This document shows, in pieces, positions 55,555-64,000 of a stretch of DNA of 64,000 bases (the first letter of the stretch is position 1; the number at the start of each line of letters is the position of its first letter). Below the pieces are notes generated by a model. That model did no database searches. It was not told where the DNA came from and worked only from the letters and a program-made list of their open reading frames with translations. The stretch is from an uncultured Nannocystis sp. (GTDB lineage: Bacteria > Myxococcota_A > Polyangia > Nannocystales > Nannocystaceae). The DNA is taken from positions 28,030-92,029 of the forward strand of contig CAYYUP010000014.1 in the NCBI GenBank assembly GCA_964474905.1, written 5' to 3'. Made by a program: the position numbers and the translations under genes.

Positions 55555-56874
55555 CTAGCGGATGGGAGGCGGCCGTTTACCGTCGCCGAACTTGTCGCGG
55601 ACGATCTTGGGCACATCGACTCCGGTCGCCGCTTTGATCTGCTCGGCGTAGTTGATCAGCTTGGCGGCGAAGGGCGCGTCGTCCCCAGCTTGGCCGATAC
55701 CCGCGGGCAGCACGGTCATGCGATTGACCTTGAGTTCGCCGGTGGTCCCCGAAATCGTGCGCATCAGCGGCACGAGCTTCTGCATCAGGAGCACGTCGCG
55801 ACCGGCGGCGCCGGAGCCCTGGTAGGCCGCGGCGAGCTCGGTGAGCGCGTTGGCGGTCGCTTGGCCCTGCTCGATGATCTGGGCAGCGCTGCCCTTTGCG
55901 GCCTCTTCGGCACGCCGACGCTCGGCTTCTGCGGGCTGGATGACATCGGCCTGCAGCTGGCGGCGGACCTGCTCGATCCGGGCCTCCTGCATTTTGACCT
56001 CGGCGCTGGCCCTGGCGATGAGCGCCTGGACCTGCGCCTCCTGCTGGGCGATGAGCGCTTCGCGGCGGGTCTGGGAGTCGGCGACCCGTCGCTCGGTCTC
56101 CTTGGCGACGATCTGGATCTGGGCCTCGAGCGAGGCGAGTTCGGCCTCGCGGGTATTGGCCCACTTCTTTTCGGCGGCTTGAGCTTGCGCGGTTGCCTCA
56201 GCGACCAGCGCTGCTCGCCGGATCTGCGCCGAGCGCTGGCGACCAATGGCATCGAGGTAGCCGACCTCATCGGAGATGTTTTGAATGTTGAGGGTGTCGA
56301 GAACCAGACCCAGGCGGCTGAAGTCGTGTTCTGCCTCTTCGGTCAGCTTGCTCGCGAAGAGCTGCTTATCGGTGTTGACCTGCTCTGGTGTGAGCGTCGC
56401 GAGAACACCGCGGAGGTTGCCCTCTAGGGTCTCGCGGGCGGTTTTCATGATCTCTTCGCGGCTCTTGTCGAGGAAGCGCTCGAGGGTATTGTTGAGGAGA
56501 GGCTCTTCGCCGGGGACCTTGATGTTGGCGATGCCCTGGATGTCGAGGGGAATGCCGCCCTTGCAGTAGGCGCCGCGGACCTGGAGCTCGATGATCATGT
56601 TGGTCAGATCCATACGGTCGACCGTCTCAAAGAGCGGGATTCGCAGCGCTCGGCCGCCGCGGATGATTCGGTAGCCGAGGATTTTGTCGCTGACCTTGCG
56701 GCTGCGACCGGCGAAGATCAGGACCTCGTTGGGCTGGCAGACGTAGAGGACATTTTTGATCACGAGGAGCAGCGCGGCCATCACCAGGATGGTGATGACT
56801 GCCAGGGCGCCGAGCGCTTCGATGCCGCCGGCAGCGATCAGGGAGAGCGCGGATGGGTCGGTGAGGAAATGCAT
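55555..56874 (-). CDS. Flotillin-family SPFH domain protein (YqiK/FloT-like)
   Basis: An N-terminal TM hairpin, an SPFH core (…IIRGGRALRIPLFETVDRMDL...), and a long Ala/Glu/Gln-rich coiled coil (AEATAQAQAAEKKWANTREAELASLEAQ...) typical of flotillins. Confidence 0.85.
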   Translation of the reverse strand: MHFLTDPSALSLIAAGGIEALGALAVITILVMAALLLVIKNVLYVCQPNEVLIFAGRSRKVSDKILGYRIIRGGRALRIPLFETVDRMDLTNMIIELQVRGAYCKGGIPLDIQGIANIKVPGEEPLLNNTLERFLDKSREEIMKTARETLEGNLRGVLATLTPEQVNTDKQLFASKLTEEAEHDFSRLGLVLDTLNIQNISDEVGYLDAIGRQRSAQIRRAALVAEATAQAQAAEKKWANTREAELASLEAQIQIVAKETERRVADSQTRREALIAQQEAQVQALIARASAEVKMQEARIEQVRRQLQADVIQPAEAERRRAEEAAKGSAAQIIEQGQATANALTELAAAYQGSGAAGRDVLLMQKLVPLMRTISGTTGELKVNRMTVLPAGIGQAGDDAPFAAKLINYAEQIKAATGVDVPKIVRDKFGDGKRPPPIR

Positions 56875-58289
56875 TAGCGGACGGTCCTTCCGAAGCTGAG
56901 GCCCGAGGCGGAGCCGCCGGAGGGCGGTGTCTCGGAGGGCGGCGAGTTACCGCTGAGGATCGCTGGTACGTCGACGCCGGTGGTCGCTCGGAGAGCGGTG
57001 AGGATCGACGCGACCGAGTTTGGATAGGCGGCGGCGTAGGACGCGAGACCGGAGCCGTCGCCGGGATCGATGACGTTGACCTCGCGGACGTCGATCTTGG
57101 CGACCGAGTCGATTACCGCGCCGACGATGTCTTCGATGTGCTGGATGACGTAGATCTCCTTGGCTTGGGGGCCCATCGCCCGCCAGGCGCCGGCCATCGC
57201 TTCGAGCACCTGAGCGGCGGCGAGGCCGTTTTCGATGGTCGTTGCGGCTGCGCCCTTCGCCCGGATCAGCGCAGCAGCGCGGTTGATCTCGGCGGGGATG
57301 ACGACCTCGGCCTGGAGGCGCTTTTGCTCGAGTTCGTTGCGGACTCCTTGGAGATTTTGCTCGGCGTTGGCGCGGGCTGTCTTGGCTGCGGCCTGGGCCT
57401 CGGCCTCGACTGACTCCGCTTGGCCGTTGAACTCGGCGGTGATCCGCGCGAGTCCGTTGCGTTTGCGGAGGATCTCTTTTTCGGCATCGGCCTTGGCGAT
57501 TTCGGCCCGCTGGTGCGCACCTGCCTGGGCCTCTGAGATCTCTTGTTCGGCCTGGTTCTCGGCATTCTCGGCGTCGCGGAGTACTGCGGCGATCTCCGGT
57601 CGACCGAGCGAATCGAGGTAGCCGACGTCGTCGGAGACCATCTGGATCTTCAGGGTGTCGAGCTGGAGGCCGAGCTTGTCGAGATCATCCTTGGCGCTGA
57701 GGCTGAGGTTGTCGGCGAAGGCGAGGCGGTCCTCGTTCACCTGCTCGGGCGTCATCTGAGCGAGCACCTCTCGCAGCGCGCCCTCGAGGGTCTGCTTGGC
57801 GACCATCATGATCTCGTGCTTGGACTGGCCGAGGAAGCGTTCGATCGCGTTGCGGATCAGCCCCGGGTCGGAGCAGATTTTGACGTTGGCGATCGCGTGG
57901 ATCTTGAGGGGGATGTTGCCGACCGAGTAGGCGTTGACGACGACGACGTCGATCGACATCGCGGCCATGTCGAGGCGATCGACGCGTTCCAGGATCGGGA
58001 TCCGCCAGGCACGTCCGCGGCCGCAGCCGTCGAACTCCGGCGCCTGCCCGCTGAAACCGCGGCCGAGCACGACCAGGGGTCCCAGGTCGACGCCGTCGCG
58101 GACCCGCTTGCGGCCGGTGAAGATCAGGGCTTCGTTGGTCCGACAGATGTAGAGGAAGTTGCGGACCAGGAAGAGGAAGAGCAGGACGACGAAGCCGGCA
58201 ACGGCGCCGCCGATCAGCACTGTGGTGAGCTCGAGCCCGGAGGCGGCGAGCAGGCTGATGGGTTCGGGGGGGGCGAGGTTGTGGATCAT
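56874..58289 (-). CDS. Flotillin-family SPFH domain protein, second paralogue
   Basis: Same architecture: TM, SPFH, and an EA-rich coiled coil (AENQAEQEISEAQAGAHQRAEIAKADAEKE...). 1-nt TAATG overlap with the downstream paralogue. Confidence 0.85.
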   Translation of the reverse strand: MIHNLAPPEPISLLAASGLELTTVLIGGAVAGFVVLLFLFLVRNFLYICRTNEALIFTGRKRVRDGVDLGPLVVLGRGFSGQAPEFDGCGRGRAWRIPILERVDRLDMAAMSIDVVVVNAYSVGNIPLKIHAIANVKICSDPGLIRNAIERFLGQSKHEIMMVAKQTLEGALREVLAQMTPEQVNEDRLAFADNLSLSAKDDLDKLGLQLDTLKIQMVSDDVGYLDSLGRPEIAAVLRDAENAENQAEQEISEAQAGAHQRAEIAKADAEKEILRKRNGLARITAEFNGQAESVEAEAQAAAKTARANAEQNLQGVRNELEQKRLQAEVVIPAEINRAAALIRAKGAAATTIENGLAAAQVLEAMAGAWRAMGPQAKEIYVIQHIEDIVGAVIDSVAKIDVREVNVIDPGDGSGLASYAAAYPNSVASILTALRATTGVDVPAILSGNSPPSETPPSGGSASGLSFGRTVR

Positions 58290-58324
58290 GGGCTTGTCAC
58301 GCTCGTGGTGCGGCTCGTGCCGGA

Positions 58325-58891
58325 TTATTGGGGGTCGCTCGCGGGGCGTACGACCACTGCGGTGGTGTCGTTCATGTGGATGATCAGGGCCGCTTCGCCG
58401 ACGGTGAAGGGCTCGGTCTCGTCGGTGCTGGCGAGCACGTCGACGGCACCGCTGCGGAGGGTGATCCGGATCTTACCGAGGTTGTTGGTCGAGATCGGCA
58501 CGAGCACGCGGCCGATCTTGCCGATGAAGTCACGCTCGTCGGCGGCGCTGTGGGTCTCGCTGGCGGCGAGGCGGCGGAGCATGAGAATGGCAAAGAGACC
58601 GGCGGCGAGGCCCACAAGGATCGCCAGCAGGGAGACGCGCTGCTCGTCGCAGAGCAGGCCTAGGTCGCTCTGTACGAGTCCTGTGAGGCCGAAGAAGGTC
58701 AGCGCGAAGGTCCAAAAGTGGAGCGAGCGGAGGGCGGTGAGCAGCGCCCACAGGGCATGACGCCCATTCGCGAAGCGGTTCTGCTCGCCGATATGGGGCG
58801 GGGCGCCGCCGTGTTGTTTGTCGCTGACGAAGATCGATGCCAGGAGAACGATGCCTCCGGAGACCAAAGAGAAGAGGTAGAGATTTGTCAT
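58325..58891 (-). CDS. NfeD/YqiJ-like membrane protein (flotillin partner)
   Basis: Several TM helices are followed by a C-terminal OB-like domain, FIGKIGRVLVPISTNNLGKIRITLRSGAVDVLAST...FTVGEAALII. It is the first gene of the operon with the two flotillins. Confidence 0.65.
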   Translation of the reverse strand: MTNLYLFSLVSGGIVLLASIFVSDKQHGGAPPHIGEQNRFANGRHALWALLTALRSLHFWTFALTFFGLTGLVQSDLGLLCDEQRVSLLAILVGLAAGLFAILMLRRLAASETHSAADERDFIGKIGRVLVPISTNNLGKIRITLRSGAVDVLASTDETEPFTVGEAALIIHMNDTTAVVVRPASDPQ

Positions 58892-59116
58892 CGTTGTCGA
58901 GGGGCGCCTGGCCGCCGCGGGTCGAAGAGTATGCCACGTCAGCTTGCATTGGTGACAGATCTAGGCAATGCGACCTCGGCGCGTTCTTTGCCGCAGTGCC
59001 GGCTCTACTGCGCGTGCACGCTCGTATCTCGTCGGCGCTCGCGAACATGGTTTCGCCCGCGGACGGTCGACGGCGCGGGGGCGGGTAATTGGGGCAATCG
59101 TGGTACATCCGAGCGC

Positions 59117-60085
59117 ATGCGAAGTCGCCCACGACGCAACCGCAAGAACCCGGTAGTGCGAGCCTATCAGCGAGAGACGAGCCTAGGTCCCGAGCATCTG
59201 ATCTATCCGCTCTTCATCCACGGCGGTGACCAAGACGTGCCGATCACGGCGATGCCGGGATGCAGCCGTCTCTGTACAGCCGGCCTCTTCACCGAGGTCG
59301 CCGCTGCGCGCTCGGTCGGGGTCAACTCCGTGGTGCTTTTTCCGGCGATCCCAGAGGATCTAAAGTCGCCCGACGGGAGCGAGTGTTTTAATCCAGACGG
59401 GCTGATCCCGCGGACGGTTGCCGGTCTCAAGGAGCGCTGGCCCGATCTGACAGTGGTCACCGATGTCGCCCTTGATCCTTACTCCTCGGACGGGCACGAC
59501 GGCATCGTCGGCGCCGACGGTCGTGTGCTCAACGATGAGACGGTCGCGGTGCTCTGCCAGCAGGCGGTCGCTCAGGCCCGCGCAGGTGCCGATATCATTT
59601 CGCCCTCGGACATGATGGACGGCCGCATCGGCGCGATTCGTGATGCGCTCGACGCCGAGGGGTTCTCAGAGGTCTCGATCCTCGCCTATACCGCGAAGTA
59701 CGCCTCGGCCTTTTACGGGCCCTTTCGCGAGGCGCTCGATTCGGCGCCGCGTCACGGCGACAAAACGACCTACCAGATGGATCCGGCCAACGGCCGCGAG
59801 GCGCTCCGCGAGCTCGCTCTTGATGTGTCTGAAGGGGCAGATATGGTCATGGTCAAGCCGGCGGGGCCCTACCTCGATGTGATCCGCCGGGTCCGCGATG
59901 CCTGTGATCTGCCGGTCGCCGCCTACCAAGTCAGCGGTGAGTACTCGATGCTCAAGGCGGCGAGCGAGCGCGGCTGGCTCGACGAGGCGAAGGTTGTGCA
60001 CGAGAGCCTGATCGCGATCCGTCGCGCCGGCGCCGATGTGATCCTCACCTACTTCGCCCGTCAGTACGCGACGTCGCTCGTCTGA
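59117..60085 (+). CDS. hemB: Porphobilinogen synthase (delta-aminolevulinic acid dehydratase), Asp-rich (non-zinc) type
   Basis: RPRRNRK...LIYPLF at the N-terminus. The metal site reads DVALDPYSSDGHDG rather than the Cys-rich zinc site. The Schiff-base lysines lie in MVKPAG and (Y)QVSGEY. The start is the ATG at 59117; the upstream part of the ORF is junk. Confidence 0.9.
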   Translation: MRSRPRRNRKNPVVRAYQRETSLGPEHLIYPLFIHGGDQDVPITAMPGCSRLCTAGLFTEVAAARSVGVNSVVLFPAIPEDLKSPDGSECFNPDGLIPRTVAGLKERWPDLTVVTDVALDPYSSDGHDGIVGADGRVLNDETVAVLCQQAVAQARAGADIISPSDMMDGRIGAIRDALDAEGFSEVSILAYTAKYASAFYGPFREALDSAPRHGDKTTYQMDPANGREALRELALDVSEGADMVMVKPAGPYLDVIRRVRDACDLPVAAYQVSGEYSMLKAASERGWLDEAKVVHESLIAIRRAGADVILTYFARQYATSLV

Positions 60086-60163
60086 GCACGTGCGGGCTTG
60101 CGCCAGCGCATCGCTCGTACGGGCCTTATCGGCTCGTACGAGCGGGCGCTCGAATGGCTCCGG

Positions 60164-61129
60164 CTAGAGATCCGCGTAACGTGCGGTCGCTTCGCAGAGG
60201 GCGCGGCTGATACCGGGCTCGAACGCCGAGTGGCCAGCGTTGGCGACAACCACGAGTTCGGACTTTGGCAGGCCCTTGTGCAGGCGCCAGGCGTTCTCCA
60301 TCGAGCAGATGACGTCGTAGCGGCCGTGCACGATCGTTGTCGGGATGTGCTGGATCGTGTGCAGATTCGCGAAGAGCTGCTTCTCGTGCTTGAGAAAACC
60401 ACCATTAATAAAGTAGTGGCATTCGATGCGGGCGAAGGCGAGCGTAAAGGCCGGATCGGCGCAATGCTCGATGAGGTCAGGATCGGGCAGCAGAGTCGCG
60501 ACTCGGGTCTCCCAGATGCTCCAGGCCCTGGCCGCGGCGTTGCGGGTGGTCTCGTCGTCGCTGGTCAAGTGGCGATAATAGGCGGCGATCAGATCGTCGC
60601 GTTCGCCCTCGGGAATCGTCGCGACGAAGTCCTCCCAAGCGTCGGGAAAAAGCACGCACGTGCCCTTGCCGTAGAACCACTCGGCCTCGCGCTTGGTGAA
60701 CATAAAGATGCCGCGCAGGACCAGCTCGGTGACCCGGGTCGGGTGGGTCTCGGCGTAGGCGACCGCCAAGGTGCTGCCCCAGGAACCGCCAAAGACCTGC
60801 CAACGCTCGATGCCCAGGTACTCGCGCAGGGCCTCGACATCGCCCACCAGGTGCCCGGTGGTATTGTCGATGAGCGAGGCATGGGGCTCGCTCTGACCGC
60901 AGCCGCGCTGATCAAAGAGAATGATCCGGTAGCGATCGGGGTCGAAAAAGCAGCGGTGTTTCGGGTCGGTGCCGCCACCTGGGCCGCCGTGCAGAAATAC
61001 CACCGGCTTACCGTGTGGGTTGCCCGACTCCTCAAAGTAGAGGTCGTGGAGCTCGGAGACCTGGAGGCGGCCGATGTGATAGGGCTCGATCTCGGGGTAG
61101 AGGATATCGTCGTCGCGGAGGGCTGGCAT
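60164..61129 (-). CDS. pip: Proline iminopeptidase (prolyl aminopeptidase), copy 1
   Basis: PVVFLHGGPGGG, ILFDQRGCGQS, the nucleophile FGGSWGSTLA, and C-terminal AGHSAFEPG. 321 aa. Confidence 0.9.
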   Translation of the reverse strand: MPALRDDDILYPEIEPYHIGRLQVSELHDLYFEESGNPHGKPVVFLHGGPGGGTDPKHRCFFDPDRYRIILFDQRGCGQSEPHASLIDNTTGHLVGDVEALREYLGIERWQVFGGSWGSTLAVAYAETHPTRVTELVLRGIFMFTKREAEWFYGKGTCVLFPDAWEDFVATIPEGERDDLIAAYYRHLTSDDETTRNAAARAWSIWETRVATLLPDPDLIEHCADPAFTLAFARIECHYFINGGFLKHEKQLFANLHTIQHIPTTIVHGRYDVICSMENAWRLHKGLPKSELVVVANAGHSAFEPGISRALCEATARYADL

Positions 61130-61146
61130 CGCGTGGTCCTTGGTCG

Positions 61147-62112
61147 CTAGTCGGCGTCTGCGAAGTGGTCGGTGGCGCCGACGAGCGCGTGTACGATCCC
61201 GGGCTCGAAGGCGGAGTGACCGGCGTCGTCGATGATCTGGAGGTCGGCCTCGGGCCAGGCCTTGTGCAGCTCCCAGGCGGTTTGCATCGGGCAGACGACA
61301 TCGTAGCGGCCCTGCACGATCACCGTCGGGATGTGGCGGATGCGGTCCAGGTTCTCAAAGAGCCAGCGGGGGTTCTCGAAGAAGCCTTGGTTGATAAAGT
61401 AGTGGGATTCGATGCGGGCGAAGGCGAGGCTAAAGGCGTCGTCCTCGGTCGCTTTGGCGATGTCGACCGGGTTCTGGAAGAGGTGGCAGGTCGACATCTC
61501 CCACTCGCTCCAGGCCCGCGCGGCCTGGCTGCGGATCGCCGGATCGTCGTCGGTCAGGCGGGTGTAATAGGCGGTCAGGAAGTCCGCGCGTTCGTTCATC
61601 GTGATCGGCTCGATGAACTTCTCCCAGGCCTCGGGAAAGATCGAGCTGGCACCCTCTTGGTAAAACCAGAGCAGCTCTTCGATGCGCATCAAGAAGATGC
61701 CGCGGAGCACCAGCTGGCTGACCGCGAGCGGGTGAGTTTCGGCGTAGGCGAGGGCCAGAGTACTGCCCCAGGAGCCGCCAAACACCTGCCAGCTCTCGAT
61801 GTCCAGATGCTCGCGCAGGGCCTCGATATCGGCGACCAGATCCCAGGTCGTGTTCTCCTCGAGGCAGGCGTGCGGTGTCGACTGGCCGCAGCCGCGCTGA
61901 TCAAAGAGGATGATCCGGTAGCGCTCGGGATCGAAGAAGCAGCGGTGTGTTGGTGAGGTACCGCCACCGGGGCCGCCGTGCAGGAAGAGCACGGGCTTGC
62001 CTCCGGGGTTTCCTGATTGCTCGTAATAGATCGAGTGGAGCGATGAGACCGGGAGATGACCGGTGTCGTAGGGCTCGATCTCCGGGTAGAGCGTGCGGCG
62101 CGGGGGGAGCAT
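61147..62112 (-). CDS. pip: Proline iminopeptidase, copy 2 (tandem paralogue)
   Basis: The same motifs (PVLFLHGGPGGG, ILFDQRGCGQS, FGGSWGSTLA, AGHSAFEPG). The start is MLPPRRTLYPEIEPY (ATG at 62110-62112), which also gives 321 aa. The upstream part of the 440-aa ORF was rejected. Confidence 0.9.
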   Translation of the reverse strand: MLPPRRTLYPEIEPYDTGHLPVSSLHSIYYEQSGNPGGKPVLFLHGGPGGGTSPTHRCFFDPERYRIILFDQRGCGQSTPHACLEENTTWDLVADIEALREHLDIESWQVFGGSWGSTLALAYAETHPLAVSQLVLRGIFLMRIEELLWFYQEGASSIFPEAWEKFIEPITMNERADFLTAYYTRLTDDDPAIRSQAARAWSEWEMSTCHLFQNPVDIAKATEDDAFSLAFARIESHYFINQGFFENPRWLFENLDRIRHIPTVIVQGRYDVVCPMQTAWELHKAWPEADLQIIDDAGHSAFEPGIVHALVGATDHFADAD

Positions 62113-62292
62113 CGGCGGGAGAGTGACAAAGCGCGCCCGTAGGTGTCCAGCAGGGGATCGCTCGTGGACGACTGCGTGACTCGCGCACCTGGCGTTATGG
62201 GCAGTCGTCTCGGGGGCCGGGAGGAGCCCGCGATTCGCTCTAGCCGCCGTATATGCGGGCTTCGCAGCTCTCTGGGCTGATAGATTCCGGCC

Positions 62293-64000
62293 GTGAGCAA
62301 ACCACTCCGTGTCCTCGTCGTTCTCGCCACCATCGGTCTTTGGGGTTGCGCCCACCGGACGCCGCTCGCGACGACCGGTGGCGAACTCGGGCTCGACCGG
62401 GTCGTTCTCTACCGCTCGGGTATCGGCTACTTCGAACGGGTCGGCGAGATCGACAGCGACGTCCTGCATCTCAAGGTCCGCAAGGATCAGGTCAACGATT
62501 TGCTCAAGAGCCTGACGGTCGTCGACCGGAGCTCCGGCAAGACCTTGAGCGTGTCGATGCCCCTCGATCCGCAGAGTTGGGCCAATGCCGCGATCGGCAT
62601 GTTAAAGCCCGGCCGCGGGCGCCTCGCTCAGGTACTCGACTCGCTGCGCGGTGCCGAGGTCACGGTGGCCCTCAAGCGTCGGCGTGTTCGCGGTCGCATT
62701 GTCATGGTCGAACGTGTGGTCAACGAGGCGCCAGAGCCCGTCACCCGTCCCGGCCGTGTGCCGGTGACGCTCGATCAAAGTATCGACTACAAATTGACGC
62801 TGCTTCGCGGTCGCGAACTCGAGGTTGTGCGTCTGTCGCGGGTGCGTTCGGTGACCCTGCGTGACGGTGATCTGGCGTTGCAGCTCCACCGCAGCCTCGA
62901 CGCTAGCGCCGGTGAAGGCATGTTTGAGCAGGTCGAGGTTGAGCTCCGTCTCGCGGGCGCGAAGTCCCACGATCTGACGATCTCTTACGTCGTCGCGGCG
63001 CCGGTGTGGAAGCCGACCTATCGCATCGTCTTGCCGGACGAGGGCAAGGGCGAGGCGCTGCTCCAGGCCTGGGCGGTGGTCGACAACATCAGCGGCGAGG
63101 ACTGGAAGGACGTGTCGATGAGTCTGACCTCGGGGGCGCCGATCGCTTTTCGCTACGACCTGCACACGCCGCGGATTGTCGAGCGCTCCGACCTGTCGGC
63201 GGCGGGGACCCGCAAGCGGGCGCGGGTTGCCATGGGCGAGAGCTCCTACGGCGACGACGGCGACGACGACGGCATCGATGCGATCGAGAACATGCCGGTC
63301 GGCGGTGGGCGTGCGTTTACGAGCAAAATCACGACGGCGGTCGAGTCCACGACGGGCATGCTGGACGAGGATGCGGATTTCAGTGGCGCGGAGAAGATGA
63401 AGAAAAAGAGCGGCAAATCCCGTCGGCCCTCGAGGGCTCCGCGGCCCTCGAGCGCTCCGCCACCGCCGCCCTCACCCAAACCGATGGAGCGCGAGCAGCC
63501 GCGCATGGACGCCTCGTCGCTGCAGCGGAGCATGCAGGCGAACGCCAAGGCACGGGCGGTCAGCGGTCTCACGCAGATCGATCTCGGTGAGCGTGTGACC
63601 GTGCCCGAGGGATCGTCGACGATGGTGGCGCTGATCAACCAAGGCGTCAAAGCCGAGCAGACCTATCTCTTTCGTCCCGGTGGTGCGGGCATCGGCTACG
63701 AGGTGAACCCCTACCGGGTGGTCCGATTCAAAAACAGCACTCCCTTTGTGCTCGAGCCCGGGCCGATCTCGATCTTCTCTGCCGGCACCTTTGTTGGCGA
63801 GGGCATTTCCGAGGCGGTCAGTGCTGGCTCGAGCGCGACCATCCCCTTCGCGGTCGAGCCGACGATCATGGTCTCCAAGCAGCAGACCTATTCGGGCGCC
63901 GAAATGCGGATCGTCAAGATCGTTCGGGGGGTGCTCGAGTGTGAAAATTTCCAGCGCAGCAGCAGCACCTGGACGGTCAAGGGCAGGTCCAAGAAGAGCG
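62293..64000 (+). CDS. DUF4139-like (MuiA/mucoidy-inhibitor-like) lipoprotein, 3' end outside the window
   Basis: This ORF is absent from the supplied track because it runs off the window. I translated it by hand from the GTG at 62293: VSKPLRVLVVLATIGLWGC (lipobox) ... VVAAPVWKPTYRIVLPDEG...AWAVVDNISGEDWKDVSMSLTSGAPIAF (DUF4139-type core) ... It is in frame to 63999. Confidence 0.65.
   Translation, partial: MSKPLRVLVVLATIGLWGCAHRTPLATTGGELGLDRVVLYRSGIGYFERVGEIDSDVLHLKVRKDQVNDLLKSLTVVDRSSGKTLSVSMPLDPQSWANAAIGMLKPGRGRLAQVLDSLRGAEVTVALKRRRVRGRIVMVERVVNEAPEPVTRPGRVPVTLDQSIDYKLTLLRGRELEVVRLSRVRSVTLRDGDLALQLHRSLDASAGEGMFEQVEVELRLAGAKSHDLTISYVVAAPVWKPTYRIVLPDEGKGEALLQAWAVVDNISGEDWKDVSMSLTSGAPIAFRYDLHTPRIVERSDLSAAGTRKRARVAMGESSYGDDGDDDGIDAIENMPVGGGRAFTSKITTAVESTTGMLDEDADFSGAEKMKKKSGKSRRPSRAPRPSSAPPPPPSPKPMEREQPRMDASSLQRSMQANAKARAVSGLTQIDLGERVTVPEGSSTMVALINQGVKAEQTYLFRPGGAGIGYEVNPYRVVRFKNSTPFVLEPGPISIFSAGTFVGEGISEAVSAGSSATIPFAVEPTIMVSKQQTYSGAEMRIVKIVRGVLECENFQRSSSTWTVKGRSKKS

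Noticed and set aside
55534-58760. Plus-strand ORFs of 297 and 405 aa opposite the two flotillin genes
   Set aside because: These are mirror ORFs of the Ala/Glu/Gln-rich coiled-coil regions and show no independent signal.
60098-61956. Plus-strand ORFs of 350 and 313 aa opposite the two pip genes. Also the 5' extensions of ORFs 61147..62469, 58718..60085 and 7126..8325
   Set aside because: The antisense ORFs lack motifs. The extensions are Arg/Pro-rich. The conserved N-termini (MLPPRRTLYPEIEPY for pip2, MRSRPRRNRK for hemB, MSTFTVQIV for the RNA ligase) begin at internal ATGs.

Overview
This is a gene-dense, visibly GC-rich chromosomal segment (third codon positions are mostly G/C; I did not compute exact GC). 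All calls come from reading the supplied translations and the DNA, with no database search.

My guess, by inference only, is a Myxococcota-like deltaproteobacterium. The hints are an Oar-like giant TonB-dependent receptor, multi-module DsbA lipoproteins, acidic Ser/Thr/Asp linkers after lipoboxes, and an ACIII plus caa3 respiratory cluster.

**Layout**
1. 0.1-3.9 kb: a TerB-like gene, then a Type I restriction-modification methylase/specificity pair (hsdM-hsdS) with no restriction subunit. It sits directly behind the rplM-rpsI operon.
2. 5-11.5 kb: housekeeping and miscellaneous genes. These are a response regulator with a degenerate GGDEF domain, NAD kinase, an Rnl5/DraRnl-type RNA ligase, an aminotransferase and hypotheticals.
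3. 11.8 kb: tRNA-Gly(GCC).
4. 12.7-18.8 kb: three consecutive proteins carrying 2+3+2 DsbA/thioredoxin modules, plus a TlpA-like redoxin.
5. 19.9-35.8 kb: one co-directional respiratory cluster. It runs Cys-rich protein, ctaB, SCO, cytochrome c, Alternative Complex III actABCDEF, SCO, then caa3-type cytochrome oxidase subunits II/I/III/IV.
6. 36.1-44.1 kb: a variant System I cytochrome c maturation operon. CcmE has a Cys (CxxxY) in place of the heme-binding His, no CcmH/CcmG is present, and two uncharacterised membrane proteins sit between ccmF and ccmA.
7. 44.2-52.7 kb: acyl-CoA dehydrogenase, murI, the Oar-like outer-membrane receptor, a lipoprotein hydrolase and an FAD oxidoreductase.
8. 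52.8-55.0 kb: a small lipoprotein cluster.
9. About 55.0-55.55 kb: a roughly 590-bp ORF-free, lower-GC spacer.
10. 55.5-58.9 kb: an NfeD-flotillin-flotillin operon.
11. 59.1-64.0 kb: hemB, two tandem proline iminopeptidase paralogues and a 3'-truncated DUF4139-like lipoprotein.

I found no CRISPR array, rRNA, transposase, integrase or prophage signature.

**Best candidate for something undescribed:** the pair of unknown genes translationally coupled inside the CcmH/CcmG-less ccm operon (38.6-41.3 kb). The seven-module DsbA array and the orphan hsdMS, whose HsdM is N-terminally extended, come next.

Most long ORFs on the opposite strand of these genes are high-GC shadow ORFs and were rejected.
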